The position numbers were made by a program, and so were the translations under genes. The notes beneath the pieces were generated by a model that worked only from the letters and a program-made list of their open reading frames with translations, was not told where the DNA came from and ran no database searches. This document shows positions 9,303 through 19,059 of a stretch of 64,000 bases of DNA, in pieces. How positions within the stretch are numbered: position 1 is the stretch's first letter; the number at the start of each line of letters is the position of its first letter. This DNA comes from Cryomorpha ignava. Its GTDB lineage: Bacteria > Bacteroidota > Bacteroidia > Flavobacteriales_F > PHOS-HE28. The DNA lies in the NCBI GenBank assembly GCA_040391235.1, contig JBEBYG010000006.1, positions 52,602 to 116,601 of the forward strand, read 5' to 3'.

Positions 9303-9529
9303 TGGAGAAAGTCGCACGTATCATGGAATTGTTCTGGCTGGCCTTGGCAGTGTTGACTGCGGCTTGGTCAGCCTACATATTGTATGTTCATGGTTGGGCC
9401 GCCGGCAAGGTCTGGCTGCTCTTCCCTGCGGTGTGTGCCGCCATGTGGGGCTACCGACGCTTCATGCGCGGCAAGGTGGCGCAATGGGCCGAACGTGAAC
9501 GAATTGAACGGGAAGCGAATGGACGGTGA
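9299..9529 (+). CDS. Small membrane protein of unknown function (2 TM)
   Basis: 76-aa ORF with two hydrophobic helices. It overlaps the lptC stop by 4 nt, which suggests co-translation. Confidence 0.4.
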   Translation: MMEKVARIMELFWLALAVLTAAWSAYILYVHGWAAGKVWLLFPAVCAAMWGYRRFMRGKVAQWAERERIEREANGR

Positions 9530-9571
9530 TCCGAGACGCTACTCGAAGACTGACCTGCATCGAACCGAGCG

Positions 9572-10879
9572 ATGATGGATACGGCGGATGTGATCCTTCT
9601 GCTTGTTGCCATCCTTACTTCAGCTATTTGCTCAGGTCTGGAGATCGCTCTCGTTAGCAGCAATAAACTCTACATCGAGCTTCAACGGAAGCAGGGTGCT
9701 ATCTGGGCCAAGGTCGTCGCCTCGCTCCTGAAGAAGCCGGCACGCGTGATCAGTGCATTGCTGGTAGGGAATACCATCGCCTTGGTGGCCTATGGTATCC
9801 TGATGGCCCAGTTGCTGGAGCCAGGACTTCGCCTGTTATACCCGAGCGAGGGCTTCATACTGGTGATGCAAACGGTGTTGAGCACCTTGCTGATCCTGGT
9901 GGTGAGTGAGTTCCTTCCCAAGGCCCTCTTCCGCATCGATCCCAATGGTGTGCTCAGCGTATTCGCGCTGCCGTTGGGCTTCATCTATGGCGTGCTCTGG
10001 TTGCCAACCGTCCTGCTCACTACCATCAGTGAGGGCATTCTGCGGCTCTTCGGCGTGAAACCCAATATGGGTAAGGCCGGCTTCGGGCGCATCGATCTCG
10101 ACGCCTTCCTTCAAGAGGTCAGTGAAGCCACCTCGTCCGATAAGGAAGTGGAGGCCGAGGTGGAGTACTTCCGCAACACCTTGGAATTGAGCAATACCAA
10201 GGTCCGTGACCTGATGGTGCCCCGTGCGGATATTGAGGCCATGGACGTGGAGGAGCCCATCGCGGAACTGAGTAAACGACTTCTTAGCACCGGCCTCACC
10301 AAGATCCTCATCCACAAGGAAGGCATCGATAACATCATCGGCTATGTACACAGTTATGAGATGTTCAAGCGGCCGCGCAGCATTCGGGCCATCCTACGCC
10401 CGGTGAACTTCATTCCAGGGACCATGCCCGCCGACGAAGTTTTGCGGCTCTTCACAAAACAGCGGACACACATCGCCGTAGTGGTGGATGAGTTCGGCGG
10501 TACTGCAGGAATGCTCACCATTGAAGATGTGGTGGAAACCATCGTGGGTGATATTGAGGATGAGCACGATGACGAGGATAGCGTAGAGGAGCGGATCAGT
10601 CCCACGGAATTTTTGTTCAGCGCACGGGTGGAGGTGGAGTACTTGGTGGAGGAGTACGGCTTGAACATGGAAGAGAGCGAGGAGTACGACACCTTGGCGG
10701 GCTACATCATGCACCGCACTGGCACCGTGCCGGAACCGGGAGAGATCGTGGACGATGGACCCTTCCGCTTTACCGTTACCAACGTGTCACACGGTCGGGT
10801 GGATCTGGTGAACGTGGTCGTGAAGGATGTGGAAGATGGCTTTGTGGGCGGTGCACCGCCGAAGGTGCAAGCAGATTAG
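9572..10879 (+). CDS. CNNM/CorC-HlyC family membrane protein (DUF21 + tandem CBS + CorC_HlyC). This is the family of gliding-motility protein GldE.
   Basis: Four N-terminal TM helices (DUF21), then CBS-pair motifs and a C-terminal CorC/HlyC transporter-associated domain (DGPFRFTVTNVSHGRVDLVNVV). Confidence 0.8.
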   Translation: MMDTADVILLLVAILTSAICSGLEIALVSSNKLYIELQRKQGAIWAKVVASLLKKPARVISALLVGNTIALVAYGILMAQLLEPGLRLLYPSEGFILVMQTVLSTLLILVVSEFLPKALFRIDPNGVLSVFALPLGFIYGVLWLPTVLLTTISEGILRLFGVKPNMGKAGFGRIDLDAFLQEVSEATSSDKEVEAEVEYFRNTLELSNTKVRDLMVPRADIEAMDVEEPIAELSKRLLSTGLTKILIHKEGIDNIIGYVHSYEMFKRPRSIRAILRPVNFIPGTMPADEVLRLFTKQRTHIAVVVDEFGGTAGMLTIEDVVETIVGDIEDEHDDEDSVEERISPTEFLFSARVEVEYLVEEYGLNMEESEEYDTLAGYIMHRTGTVPEPGEIVDDGPFRFTVTNVSHGRVDLVNVVVKDVEDGFVGGAPPKVQAD

Positions 10880-11010
10880 GGTGATCGCCTGGAAGCCTTT
10901 TTGGATCGGCCCAACAGGGTGTGTTCCACCCCTTATTCGAGCTTTCCTGTCATATGCGCACGTTGAACCGGTCACCCGCCTATATTTGCCACCCTTTTAA
11001 GATCAAGTAG

Positions 11011-13107
11011 ATGGCAGTTATTGGAAAGATCCGTGAACGTGGAACCCTCTTGGGCATTATCGTTGGCGGTGCGCTCGTATTGTTCGTGGTGGGTGATTTC
11101 ATCGGAAATCGCTCCGGTGGGCAGGATCGGAATGTGGGCAGTATTGCCGGCACGGAGATCAGCATGCAGGAGTTCTCCAACCGGGTGGATCAGCAGATCG
11201 AGCTCTACCGGCAGAACGGCACCACGGTGGACAACCAACTGCAGGAGCAAGTGCGCAACGGCGTGTGGAATGATATGCTCCGTGAGCGCACGCTGAGCGT
11301 GGAGGCCGCGGAAGCCGGCTTCGGTACTACCATCAGCCGCGAGGAGTATGACGATATCCGCTTCGGAAAAAACATATTGCCCGATTTCCGCAACAACCAG
11401 AACTTCATCGATCCGCAGACGGGACAGGTGAGCCAAGAGCAGCTGCGCAGGTATTTCAAATACGTGCAGGAGGAGAACTTCCCGTTGATGGAAATGCAAC
11501 GACGCACCTTCGTGCCGCAGCGCATACAGGCCAAATACAACGACCTGGTGAAGAAGAGCTGCTTCGTGAACAGTGCCCAGGTCCAGAACGAATGGGCGAC
11601 AAAGAACATCAAGGCCGATTTCCAATTCGTGGCACAGCGCCTGGAAACCGAACCCGATAGCCTCTACCCGGTGAGCGACACCGAACTCCGCCGCTATTTC
11701 GACTCCCATAAGAACGAACGCAAATACCGCCAGACCGAATCGCGCAGCTTTGCATACGTCCAGTTCAAGGCGATTCCTTCACAGGAAGACGTCCAGAATG
11801 CGCGCGAGGACATGATGACGCTGAAAGCGGACTTCGAGGCGGCAAGAACACCCAAGGCTGACAGTTCGTTGGTGATGGCCTATGCCGAAACGAAATCAGC
11901 AGCACCCACGGCCTATGAGCCCGGTACAGCTGACCATCTGAACGATTCCCTGATCCTGAACGCCGATACAGGCTCCGTGGTAGGACCTTTCCGCGCTGGT
12001 GGCGCATGGAAGCTGGTGAAGGTGACGGAACTGGCCGACGTGGCTGAGGCGCGCGTGCGGCACATCCTGCTGACCACACAAGGCAAGAGCCCGGAGGAGG
12101 AGCAGGTCATCAAGCAGCGTGCGGACAGCATCCTGAACGTGGTGAAGCGTGACCGCAGCAAATTCGAGGCGATGGTGACGAAATACTCCGACGACCCCGG
12201 AAGCAAGAGCACCGGCGGTGTTTACGAATGGTTCGACAAGAATCGCATGGTTCCTGAATTTACCAAGGCCAGCTTCAACGAGAAGGTCGGAAGCATCACC
12301 GTTGTGAAGACGGACTATGGCTTCCACATCGTGGAGGTATTGGGGCAGCGCACACGTAAGGAGCGCAGGGTGCTTACCATCGATCGCAAGATCGCTCCGG
12401 TGCAAGCCATGAAGGCCGCTTGGAGGGACGCGAACGAGTTCTCACTGAACCACGCCGATACGGCATCTTTCCGCAAAGGGGCTGAAGAAGCTGGACTGGC
12501 CTACGTGCCGGTTGAAGAGCTTCGCCCAGACCAACGCTTCGTACCCGGTCTCCAAGATGCGGATGAGGTAGCCCGTTGGGTGAACCGTGCCGATGCAGGT
12601 GCCAAGAGCAGCGAACCATTGACCAGCGGCGATAGCTACGTGGTCTGCTCGCTGATCAACATCCGGGAGGAAGGTGTACCCAAGCTGAACGATGTGCGCG
12701 AGAAATTCACCAAGGAAGTGCGCAACGAGATGAAGGCCGATGCGATCGCTGCCAAGATGAAGGACAAGTCCGATCTACAGGCATTGGCGCAGGAGTTGGG
12801 CACCTCTGTCCAGAACTCGGGCAATATGGCATTCAGCGCAAACACCCTGCCTGGCGGATATAGCGATGTAAAAGTGATCGGAAGCATTTTCGGCTTGGAG
12901 AACGGTGCCACCAGCGCTCCGTTGAAAGGAGATCAAGCCGTGTATGTAGCCCACATGAATACATTAACCCCTGCCGGGGAAATGCCGGAAGGAGCCGAGG
13001 ATGTGAAGCAACTGACCGATCGTGTGCGTAGCCGCGCAACAGGCCAGGCTTTCAATGCCTTGAAGGAAGCAGCCAACGTGACGGACCACCGCTCGAGGTT
13101 CTTCTGA
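11011..13107 (+). CDS. Periplasmic chaperone / peptidyl-prolyl cis-trans isomerase, PpiD/SurA-like
   Basis: N-terminal TM anchor followed by a SurA-N-like region. An internal parvulin rotamase segment reads ARVRHILLTT...GFHIVEV. 698 aa. Confidence 0.75.
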   Translation: MAVIGKIRERGTLLGIIVGGALVLFVVGDFIGNRSGGQDRNVGSIAGTEISMQEFSNRVDQQIELYRQNGTTVDNQLQEQVRNGVWNDMLRERTLSVEAAEAGFGTTISREEYDDIRFGKNILPDFRNNQNFIDPQTGQVSQEQLRRYFKYVQEENFPLMEMQRRTFVPQRIQAKYNDLVKKSCFVNSAQVQNEWATKNIKADFQFVAQRLETEPDSLYPVSDTELRRYFDSHKNERKYRQTESRSFAYVQFKAIPSQEDVQNAREDMMTLKADFEAARTPKADSSLVMAYAETKSAAPTAYEPGTADHLNDSLILNADTGSVVGPFRAGGAWKLVKVTELADVAEARVRHILLTTQGKSPEEEQVIKQRADSILNVVKRDRSKFEAMVTKYSDDPGSKSTGGVYEWFDKNRMVPEFTKASFNEKVGSITVVKTDYGFHIVEVLGQRTRKERRVLTIDRKIAPVQAMKAAWRDANEFSLNHADTASFRKGAEEAGLAYVPVEELRPDQRFVPGLQDADEVARWVNRADAGAKSSEPLTSGDSYVVCSLINIREEGVPKLNDVREKFTKEVRNEMKADAIAAKMKDKSDLQALAQELGTSVQNSGNMAFSANTLPGGYSDVKVIGSIFGLENGATSAPLKGDQAVYVAHMNTLTPAGEMPEGAEDVKQLTDRVRSRATGQAFNALKEAANVTDHRSRFF

Positions 13108-13126
13108 TAACAGATCGATACCAATG

Positions 13127-13154
13127 CGAAGGGGGGCGAAAGCCCCCCTTTTTG
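13127..13154 (+). terminator. Rho-independent terminator of the ppiD-like gene
   Basis: GGGGGGC-GAAA-GCCCCCC stem-loop followed by TTTTT, 20 nt after the stop. Confidence 0.8.
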
Positions 13155-13496
13155 CATGCATGCCAATTCGTAATGTGGAAGCCACGGATGACCCTGAGTG
13201 GCCGATAGACATATGGCTTATGAAGCCTAACAAGTATCGTTAGGGTGGGGGTCATGGAAACAGTGATCCGTGGATCCGGGAACAATGAGGTGCGCTTGGC
13301 CATGGATGCGCCTTCCACCTGCAGAGGCCGAGCCACACTCCCAATAAAGCTCGTTCGTCAAACGTCTATTTGAAAGGATGTGGTGGGCAAGGCTTGTCAT
13401 GCGGACCGGTCTCCGTGGGTTGTGTCCCCCACCCGGGCCGAGGCACACTTGGAGTTATTATGACGACCGTGAAACAAGCATCAGCAGATCAGGATA

Positions 13497-14816
13497 TCAG
13501 CGCAACTGCCCCAGTCGTTCCGCATCCAATCGGACGAGGATCGCCAGCAGAACGGTGAAGCCGATCAGCGAACTGCCGCCATAACTGAAGAAGGGCAACG
13601 GGATCCCGATCACCGGCGCCAAGCCGATGGCCATGCCCACATTGATCATCAGGTGCAGGAAGAAGATACTGGCCACGCAATATGCATAGATCCTCGTGAA
13701 CCGGGATCGTTGTCGATCGCTGATCTGGATACAGCGCAGGATGAGCGCACCAAAGATCAACACCACCAAGGTGGTGCCCACAAAGCCCCATTCCTCGCCC
13801 ACGGTACAGAAGATGAAGTCGGTGCTCTGCATCGGCACATACTTGTACTTGGTGAAGGTGCCTTCCAAATAGCCTTTGCCCAAGAGCCCGCCACTACCGA
13901 TCGCAGTCTTGGATTGCTCCACGTTATACCCATAGCCGCGGGGGTCATATTCCAAGCCCAGTAGCACACGGATACGTGTTTGCTGGTGTATGGGCATGTT
14001 GTCGATCAAGTGATCCACGCTGCTGATGAATGCAGCAGAACCCACCAGACCGAAAAGCAGGTAGGCATAGATCCGTTTCCGACGGTGCTTCAGAACGAAC
14101 TTGCGCACAAAGAGAAACGCCAAGAAGGTGAACACAGCGATCAGGAAAACGAGGAAATACTGACCGTGGACCTCGGTGTCCGTGAATGGAATGGCATAGA
14201 TGGTCTCCTTCATGATCAAGGAAAGCACCACAAGGATGGCCGCCATAATGGCGAGCAGCAAGATGTTCCCCGAAAGCCCTTCACGGTAGAGAACCAATAC
14301 AAAGGCACCACTGACCAAGGCCGTGCCGGTATCCGGCTGTAACATGATCAGCGCCACGGGGAATAGGATCAGCACGGCAGAGATCACCCGGGAGCGGACC
14401 TCCTTCAACGTTTTCAGGCCGCTCAAGTATTTCGAAAGTGCCAAAGCGGTAGCGAACTTGCTGAATTCCGCAGGTTGTATCCCGAAACCGCCCACGCCGA
14501 ACCAAGCCTTGGCGCCATTCACCTCACGACCCACCAAGAGCACCAGTATCAGCAGCAGCAGTACAAAGCCATATACGGGGTAGGCCAAGTCGCGGATGAA
14601 CTCGCCACGTACCAACAACATGCCAGCACCGATCAACAGCGAGACGCAGATCCAAACGCTTTGGGCACCGTATTCCCGGCCGCGATCAAAGAGGTTGGCG
14701 TGGTCGGGGTCGTAGGCGGCGCTATAGATGTTCGCCCAGCCCATGGCCATCAGCAGCAGGTACATGATCACCAGCGGCTTGTCGATATTGCGCGCGATGT
14801 TCTCCCTGCTGGTCAT
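13497..14816 (-). CDS. rodA: Rod-shape-determining protein RodA (SEDS family)
   Basis: Typical FtsW/RodA/SpoVE multi-TM sequence. The start is set at the internal MTSREN (ATG overlapping the mrdA stop, ATGA). The upstream 49 codons of the ORF track belong to the mrdA 3' end read in another frame. Confidence 0.85.
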   Translation of the reverse strand: MTSRENIARNIDKPLVIMYLLLMAMGWANIYSAAYDPDHANLFDRGREYGAQSVWICVSLLIGAGMLLVRGEFIRDLAYPVYGFVLLLLILVLLVGREVNGAKAWFGVGGFGIQPAEFSKFATALALSKYLSGLKTLKEVRSRVISAVLILFPVALIMLQPDTGTALVSGAFVLVLYREGLSGNILLLAIMAAILVVLSLIMKETIYAIPFTDTEVHGQYFLVFLIAVFTFLAFLFVRKFVLKHRRKRIYAYLLFGLVGSAAFISSVDHLIDNMPIHQQTRIRVLLGLEYDPRGYGYNVEQSKTAIGSGGLLGKGYLEGTFTKYKYVPMQSTDFIFCTVGEEWGFVGTTLVVLIFGALILRCIQISDRQRSRFTRIYAYCVASIFFLHLMINVGMAIGLAPVIGIPLPFFSYGGSSLIGFTVLLAILVRLDAERLGQLR

Positions 14817-16660
14817 TGCTTGCGCCGTTTGCTCACGAACTTCTTGAAGTTGCCCTCGGTAGCGATCAGGTTCGCATCGAGCATGCGCTTCATCACATCC
14901 GGCCGTGTGATGGTATCGGTCAGGTATTGCTCCATGCAGAGGCTGGCGATGGGAGCGGCCCATGTACCACCAAAACCGGAGTTCTCCACGTAGACCGCGA
15001 TGGCGATCTTCGGGTCATCCATGGGTGCGAAGGCAATGAATACCGCATGGTCCTTACCGTGCGGGTTCTGTGCAGTGCCCGTTTTGCCACACACGGTAAT
15101 GCCCGGTATGCGCGCCGAGCGTGCCGTGCCACCCGCTTCGTTCACCACCTTACGCATCCCTTCCACGATGGGCGGGAACCACTGATCGTCCACAAGTGTT
15201 TGGTGCCGTACGATCCTGGGGTTCAGGCTGTCCGGATGGCCGATCGCTCGCACCAAATGCGGGTCGTAGTAGTATCCCCTATTGGCAAAGATCGCCGCCA
15301 GGTTGGCCATTTGCATAGGAACCACGAGCACTTCACCTTGGCCGATGCTCAAGGAATAGATGTTGCTGAAAGCCCATGCCTTGTCCCCATACATGCGGTT
15401 GTAGTACTTGGTCCCGGGGATACTTCCCCCCTTCACGGATGGAAGATCCAAGGCCAACGGGTGGCCGAAGCCGAAGCTCTCCATGTAGGTCTTCCATTCA
15501 TCCAGCCCCAGCGCGGCATCCTGAAAACGGTTGGGCACCTTGCCCTGCTCCACCTCTCGCTTGAAGACCTGATAGAAGTAGGGATTGCAGGACATCTGCA
15601 CCGCTTGCTCCACGTTCTGACAATTCGGGTGGTTGTGGCAGCCTACCAAGGCCTTGTTACAAGGGAACCCGGTGTTCAAGTTGATCACTCCCTCCTGAAG
15701 GGCAATGGCCGCTTGGGCTAATTTGAAGATCGATCCCGGCGGATACTGTGCCTGCAGGGCCCGGTCGAAGAGCGGGGTCAGCGAGTCCTGCTGGAGTTTC
15801 CGGTAGTTGGCACTGCGTACCCGGCCTACCAAGAGTTCGGGGTCATACCCGGGCGAGCTGACCAAAGCCAGCACTTCCCCGGTGCGGGGGTCCAATGCAA
15901 CGATGCTGCCCTTCTTGTTGCGCATCAGCTGCTCGCCCAACTTCTGCATAGGCAGGTCGATGCTGGTATACAGGTTCTTTCCTGCATGCGCGAGTGTGTC
16001 GAAGCGGCCTTCCTTGAAGGGACCTTGCACGTTGTTGTGCACGTCCACTACCACGTATTTCACGCCACGTTTGCCGCGTAGGTCCTTCTCATAGAAGCTC
16101 TCCAAACCACCTACCCCGATCACGTCACCCGACTTGTAGTAGGGGTCCTGTTCCACCTTCCGCGCATTCACCTCGCTCAGATAGCCGAGCATGTGGGCCC
16201 CTACATGTGGGGGGTAGGTGCGAAGGGTGCGGCTTTGCCCATAAAAACCGGGGTATTTATAAAGATGCACCGAGATGGCGGCATACTGCTCAGAGGTGAT
16301 CTGCCGCTCGAATTCGCTGGGCTTCCAAACGGAATAGTCACGGGCCTTGCGCAACCGTTCCCGCACTTGTTCCAACGGCACATTCAACAGCGTGGACAAT
16401 CCCAAGGTATCCAAGCCCTTCACCTCACGGGGCACCACCATGATGTCGTAGACCGGTGTGTTCGCCACCAGCAATTCGCCGTGGCGGTCATAGATGAGGC
16501 CGCGGGAGGGGAATACGGTAACCTTGCGTTCGCTGATATCAGCGGCGCGCGCGGTCCAGCTGGTGTCCACCACTTGGATCCAGAAGAGCCTGAAGATGAA
16601 GATGATGCAGATGAAGATCACCGCAGCGATCAGCACGTATTTGCGCTCGTCGAAATTCAT
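14813..16660 (-). CDS. mrdA: Penicillin-binding protein 2 (peptidoglycan transpeptidase)
   Basis: N-terminal TM, a PBP dimerisation domain, and transpeptidase motifs (SIVALDPRTGEVLALVSSPGYDP; SxxK/SxN/KTG context). 615 aa. Confidence 0.9.
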   Translation of the reverse strand: MNFDERKYVLIAAVIFICIIFIFRLFWIQVVDTSWTARAADISERKVTVFPSRGLIYDRHGELLVANTPVYDIMVVPREVKGLDTLGLSTLLNVPLEQVRERLRKARDYSVWKPSEFERQITSEQYAAISVHLYKYPGFYGQSRTLRTYPPHVGAHMLGYLSEVNARKVEQDPYYKSGDVIGVGGLESFYEKDLRGKRGVKYVVVDVHNNVQGPFKEGRFDTLAHAGKNLYTSIDLPMQKLGEQLMRNKKGSIVALDPRTGEVLALVSSPGYDPELLVGRVRSANYRKLQQDSLTPLFDRALQAQYPPGSIFKLAQAAIALQEGVINLNTGFPCNKALVGCHNHPNCQNVEQAVQMSCNPYFYQVFKREVEQGKVPNRFQDAALGLDEWKTYMESFGFGHPLALDLPSVKGGSIPGTKYYNRMYGDKAWAFSNIYSLSIGQGEVLVVPMQMANLAAIFANRGYYYDPHLVRAIGHPDSLNPRIVRHQTLVDDQWFPPIVEGMRKVVNEAGGTARSARIPGITVCGKTGTAQNPHGKDHAVFIAFAPMDDPKIAIAVYVENSGFGGTWAAPIASLCMEQYLTDTITRPDVMKRMLDANLIATEGNFKKFVSKRRKQ

Positions 16661-17178
16661 CGCGACCGGATCTCGCGCGAGCTGAGCGCTTGTGCCAGCA
16701 GGCAGAGGACAAGTGTGGCGGCGGCACTCATAAGAGCACGCAGGAAGGTGGAGAGGAAGTCATCGAACCGGTACACTTCAACGAAGAAAAGCCAGAGATG
16801 GTGTATCACCACCAGGACGCCGGCAAAGGTCATGTACCAAGTGAGGCCCATGTGCTGGACAATGGGTCGCTTGTCATAATCGTATCCATCCCGCGGGGCC
16901 AGGATCCGGAGCATCCAAATGCGGGCATACGCCATCACCACACAGGCGCTCGCATGCATGCCGGGAGTGCTGCTGAAGTAGTCCATTGTGATGCCCAGTA
17001 CAAAGCCCAGGACCAAGGTTGCCCAAGGCGGCGTGTCGAAGGGTAAGGAGATAATGAAAAGCACATAGAGATAGGGCACCACCCAACCATGCGCCAGGTC
17101 CAAATGGTCCAGTACCAATGCCTGAAGTAGCACCAGTAGGATGAAGGAGACGATATGTTTCCTGACAGTGGTGATCAT
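16657..17178 (-). CDS. mreD: Rod-shape-determining protein MreD
   Basis: 173-aa polytopic membrane protein between mreC and mrdA, with 4-nt overlaps on both sides. Confidence 0.8.
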   Translation of the reverse strand: MITTVRKHIVSFILLVLLQALVLDHLDLAHGWVVPYLYVLFIISLPFDTPPWATLVLGFVLGITMDYFSSTPGMHASACVVMAYARIWMLRILAPRDGYDYDKRPIVQHMGLTWYMTFAGVLVVIHHLWLFFVEVYRFDDFLSTFLRALMSAAATLVLCLLAQALSSREIRSR

Positions 17179-18002
17179 GGCAGGGGAGCCTTCGCTTGAA
17201 GGGAATCGCGTTCGGACTTCAATAGGTCGATCACCACATGCACATAGGCCGTGCGGGTAAGATCCTCACTCAGGTGGATATGGATGTCGTGGAAGTTGCT
17301 TCCCGGGTCATCGTTCACCTCCACGACGGTGCCCACCATTATACCCGGAGGGAAAATGCCATCGCTGCCTCGGGTGACCACCGTGTCGCCCACCACTATG
17401 GGTACGTGGTTGGCCACATCGATCATGGAGGCTGTGCGGGGATCGTCCGATTCCCAGCTGAGCAATCCGTAATGCCCGGTACGCTTCAACTGTATACTGG
17501 TGCGGAATTCGTTGCCGAGCACACTGGTCACCAACGCGAAGTGCGGGCTCACATCACGAACGATCCCCACCAGCCCGTTCATGCCTATCACCCCCATGTC
17601 AGGCTCGATCCCCGCAAGGGACCCGCTGCCCAAGGTGATGTAGTTCCGCTCCTTGTGCGTGGTGCTATTGATCGTTTGGGCGGTGATGAACATGTAATGC
17701 TGGGCCTGCGCGCTGTCGTTCATCACGTGCACACTATCCGTATGACCTGGCACATTGTGCAGCTGGTCACGCTCCGCGGCCAGGGCCTGTGCCAGTTGGC
17801 GGTTCACCTCACGCAGATCGGCGTATTCAGTCACCTCGTGGCGCCAGCTGTATATCTGGCCGATCACGGCATTGCTGCTGCTGATCGCCTGGGCACGCTG
17901 GTGCATGTTCCCATTGATCAGCAATGAGATGGAAAGCCCCATCAGGGCAAGAAATAGCAAGTTGTTGCGCTGTCGGAAGAGGAAGCGAAAGAGGTCGCGC
18001 AT
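17175..18002 (-). CDS. mreC: Rod-shape-determining protein MreC
   Basis: N-terminal TM, a coiled-coil region, then a beta-rich domain. It lies between mreB and mreD. Confidence 0.85.
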   Translation of the reverse strand: MRDLFRFLFRQRNNLLFLALMGLSISLLINGNMHQRAQAISSSNAVIGQIYSWRHEVTEYADLREVNRQLAQALAAERDQLHNVPGHTDSVHVMNDSAQAQHYMFITAQTINSTTHKERNYITLGSGSLAGIEPDMGVIGMNGLVGIVRDVSPHFALVTSVLGNEFRTSIQLKRTGHYGLLSWESDDPRTASMIDVANHVPIVVGDTVVTRGSDGIFPPGIMVGTVVEVNDDPGSNFHDIHIHLSEDLTRTAYVHVVIDLLKSERDSLQAKAPLP

Positions 18003-18022
18003 GGTGTGTCACCCCCTTGCCC

Positions 18023-19051
18023 CTATTCCCGCATGAGGAACTGGAACCTGTCGATGTTGCGCAACGCGATACCCGTGCCGCGTGCCACGGCCCGCAAGGG
18101 ATCTTCGCTCACATGCACAGGAAGTTTGGTCTTAATGCTGATGCGCTTGTCCAATCCACGTAGGAGCGCTCCACCACCAGCGAGGTAGATACCTGTGCGA
18201 TAGATGTCGGCGCTGAGTTCCGGCGGGGTGCTTTCAAGGGCACTGAGAATGGCCTCCTCGATCTTGCTGATCGACTTGTCCAGGGCTTGTGCGATCTCCG
18301 AATAGGTCACGGTGATCTCTTTGGGAATGCCCGTCATCAGGTCACGGCCGCGCACCGCATAGTCGGGTGGGGGTTCTTCCAACTCCACCAAGGCGCTGCC
18401 CACTTCGATCTTGATCTGCTCCGCGGTGCGCTCACCCACGAGGATGTTGTGCTGGCGTCGCATGTACTCCTCGATATCGTTGGTGAATTCATCACCAGCA
18501 ACACGGATGTTCTTATCGCATACAATTCCTCCAAGGGCGATCACCGCGATCTCCGAGGTACCTCCTCCGATATCGATGATCATGTTGCCCATCGGCTCTT
18601 CCACGTCGATACCGATACCGATCGCAGCGGCCATGGGCTCGTGGATCAGGTAGACTTCCTTGGCGCCTGCATGTTCCGCGCTGTCCTTTACCGCACGCTT
18701 TTCCACCTCGGTGATGCCGCTCGGAATGCAGATCACCATGCGAATGTTGGGCGTGAAGAGTTGCCGACCGGGGTTGATCATCTTGATCATTCCCTTGATC
18801 ATCTCCTCTGCCGCTTGGAAATCAGCGATCACGCCATCCTTTAAGGGACGAACGGTCTTGATGTTCTCGTGCGTTTTTCCATGCATCTGCATGGCTTGCC
18901 TGCCGATGGCGATCACCTTGCCCGTGGTGCGATCCTTGGCAACGATGCTCGGCTCATCCACCACCACTTTGTCGTTGTGGATGATCAATGTGTTTGCCGT
19001 ACCGAGGTCGATCGCTATCTCCTGGGTGAAAAAATTGCTGAACCAGCCCAT
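18023..19051 (-). CDS. mreB: Rod-shape-determining protein MreB (actin homolog)
   Basis: IAIDLGTANTLI start and actin-fold phosphate and adenosine motifs. 342 aa. Confidence 0.95.
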   Translation of the reverse strand: MGWFSNFFTQEIAIDLGTANTLIIHNDKVVVDEPSIVAKDRTTGKVIAIGRQAMQMHGKTHENIKTVRPLKDGVIADFQAAEEMIKGMIKMINPGRQLFTPNIRMVICIPSGITEVEKRAVKDSAEHAGAKEVYLIHEPMAAAIGIGIDVEEPMGNMIIDIGGGTSEIAVIALGGIVCDKNIRVAGDEFTNDIEEYMRRQHNILVGERTAEQIKIEVGSALVELEEPPPDYAVRGRDLMTGIPKEITVTYSEIAQALDKSISKIEEAILSALESTPPELSADIYRTGIYLAGGGALLRGLDKRISIKTKLPVHVSEDPLRAVARGTGIALRNIDRFQFLMRE

Positions 19052-19059
19052 GATGGGAG

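Noticed and set aside
13497-14963. N-terminal 49-codon extension of rodA in the ORF track
   Set aside because: The extension lies inside the mrdA 3' end in another frame. The internal ATG forms an ATGA overlap with the mrdA stop and begins the conserved RodA N-terminus.
14816-15721. Many long ORFs antisense to confident genes, for example 14816–15721, 33901–34524, 34666–35598, 39965–40573, 40574–41476, 42634–43773, 51220–52632, 53309–54277, 59956–60843, 61118–62212 and 62215–62793
   Set aside because: The partner-strand genes have strong family signatures. The antisense translations are Arg/Ala/His/Gly-rich low-complexity. At ~60% GC, stop-free antisense frames are expected.
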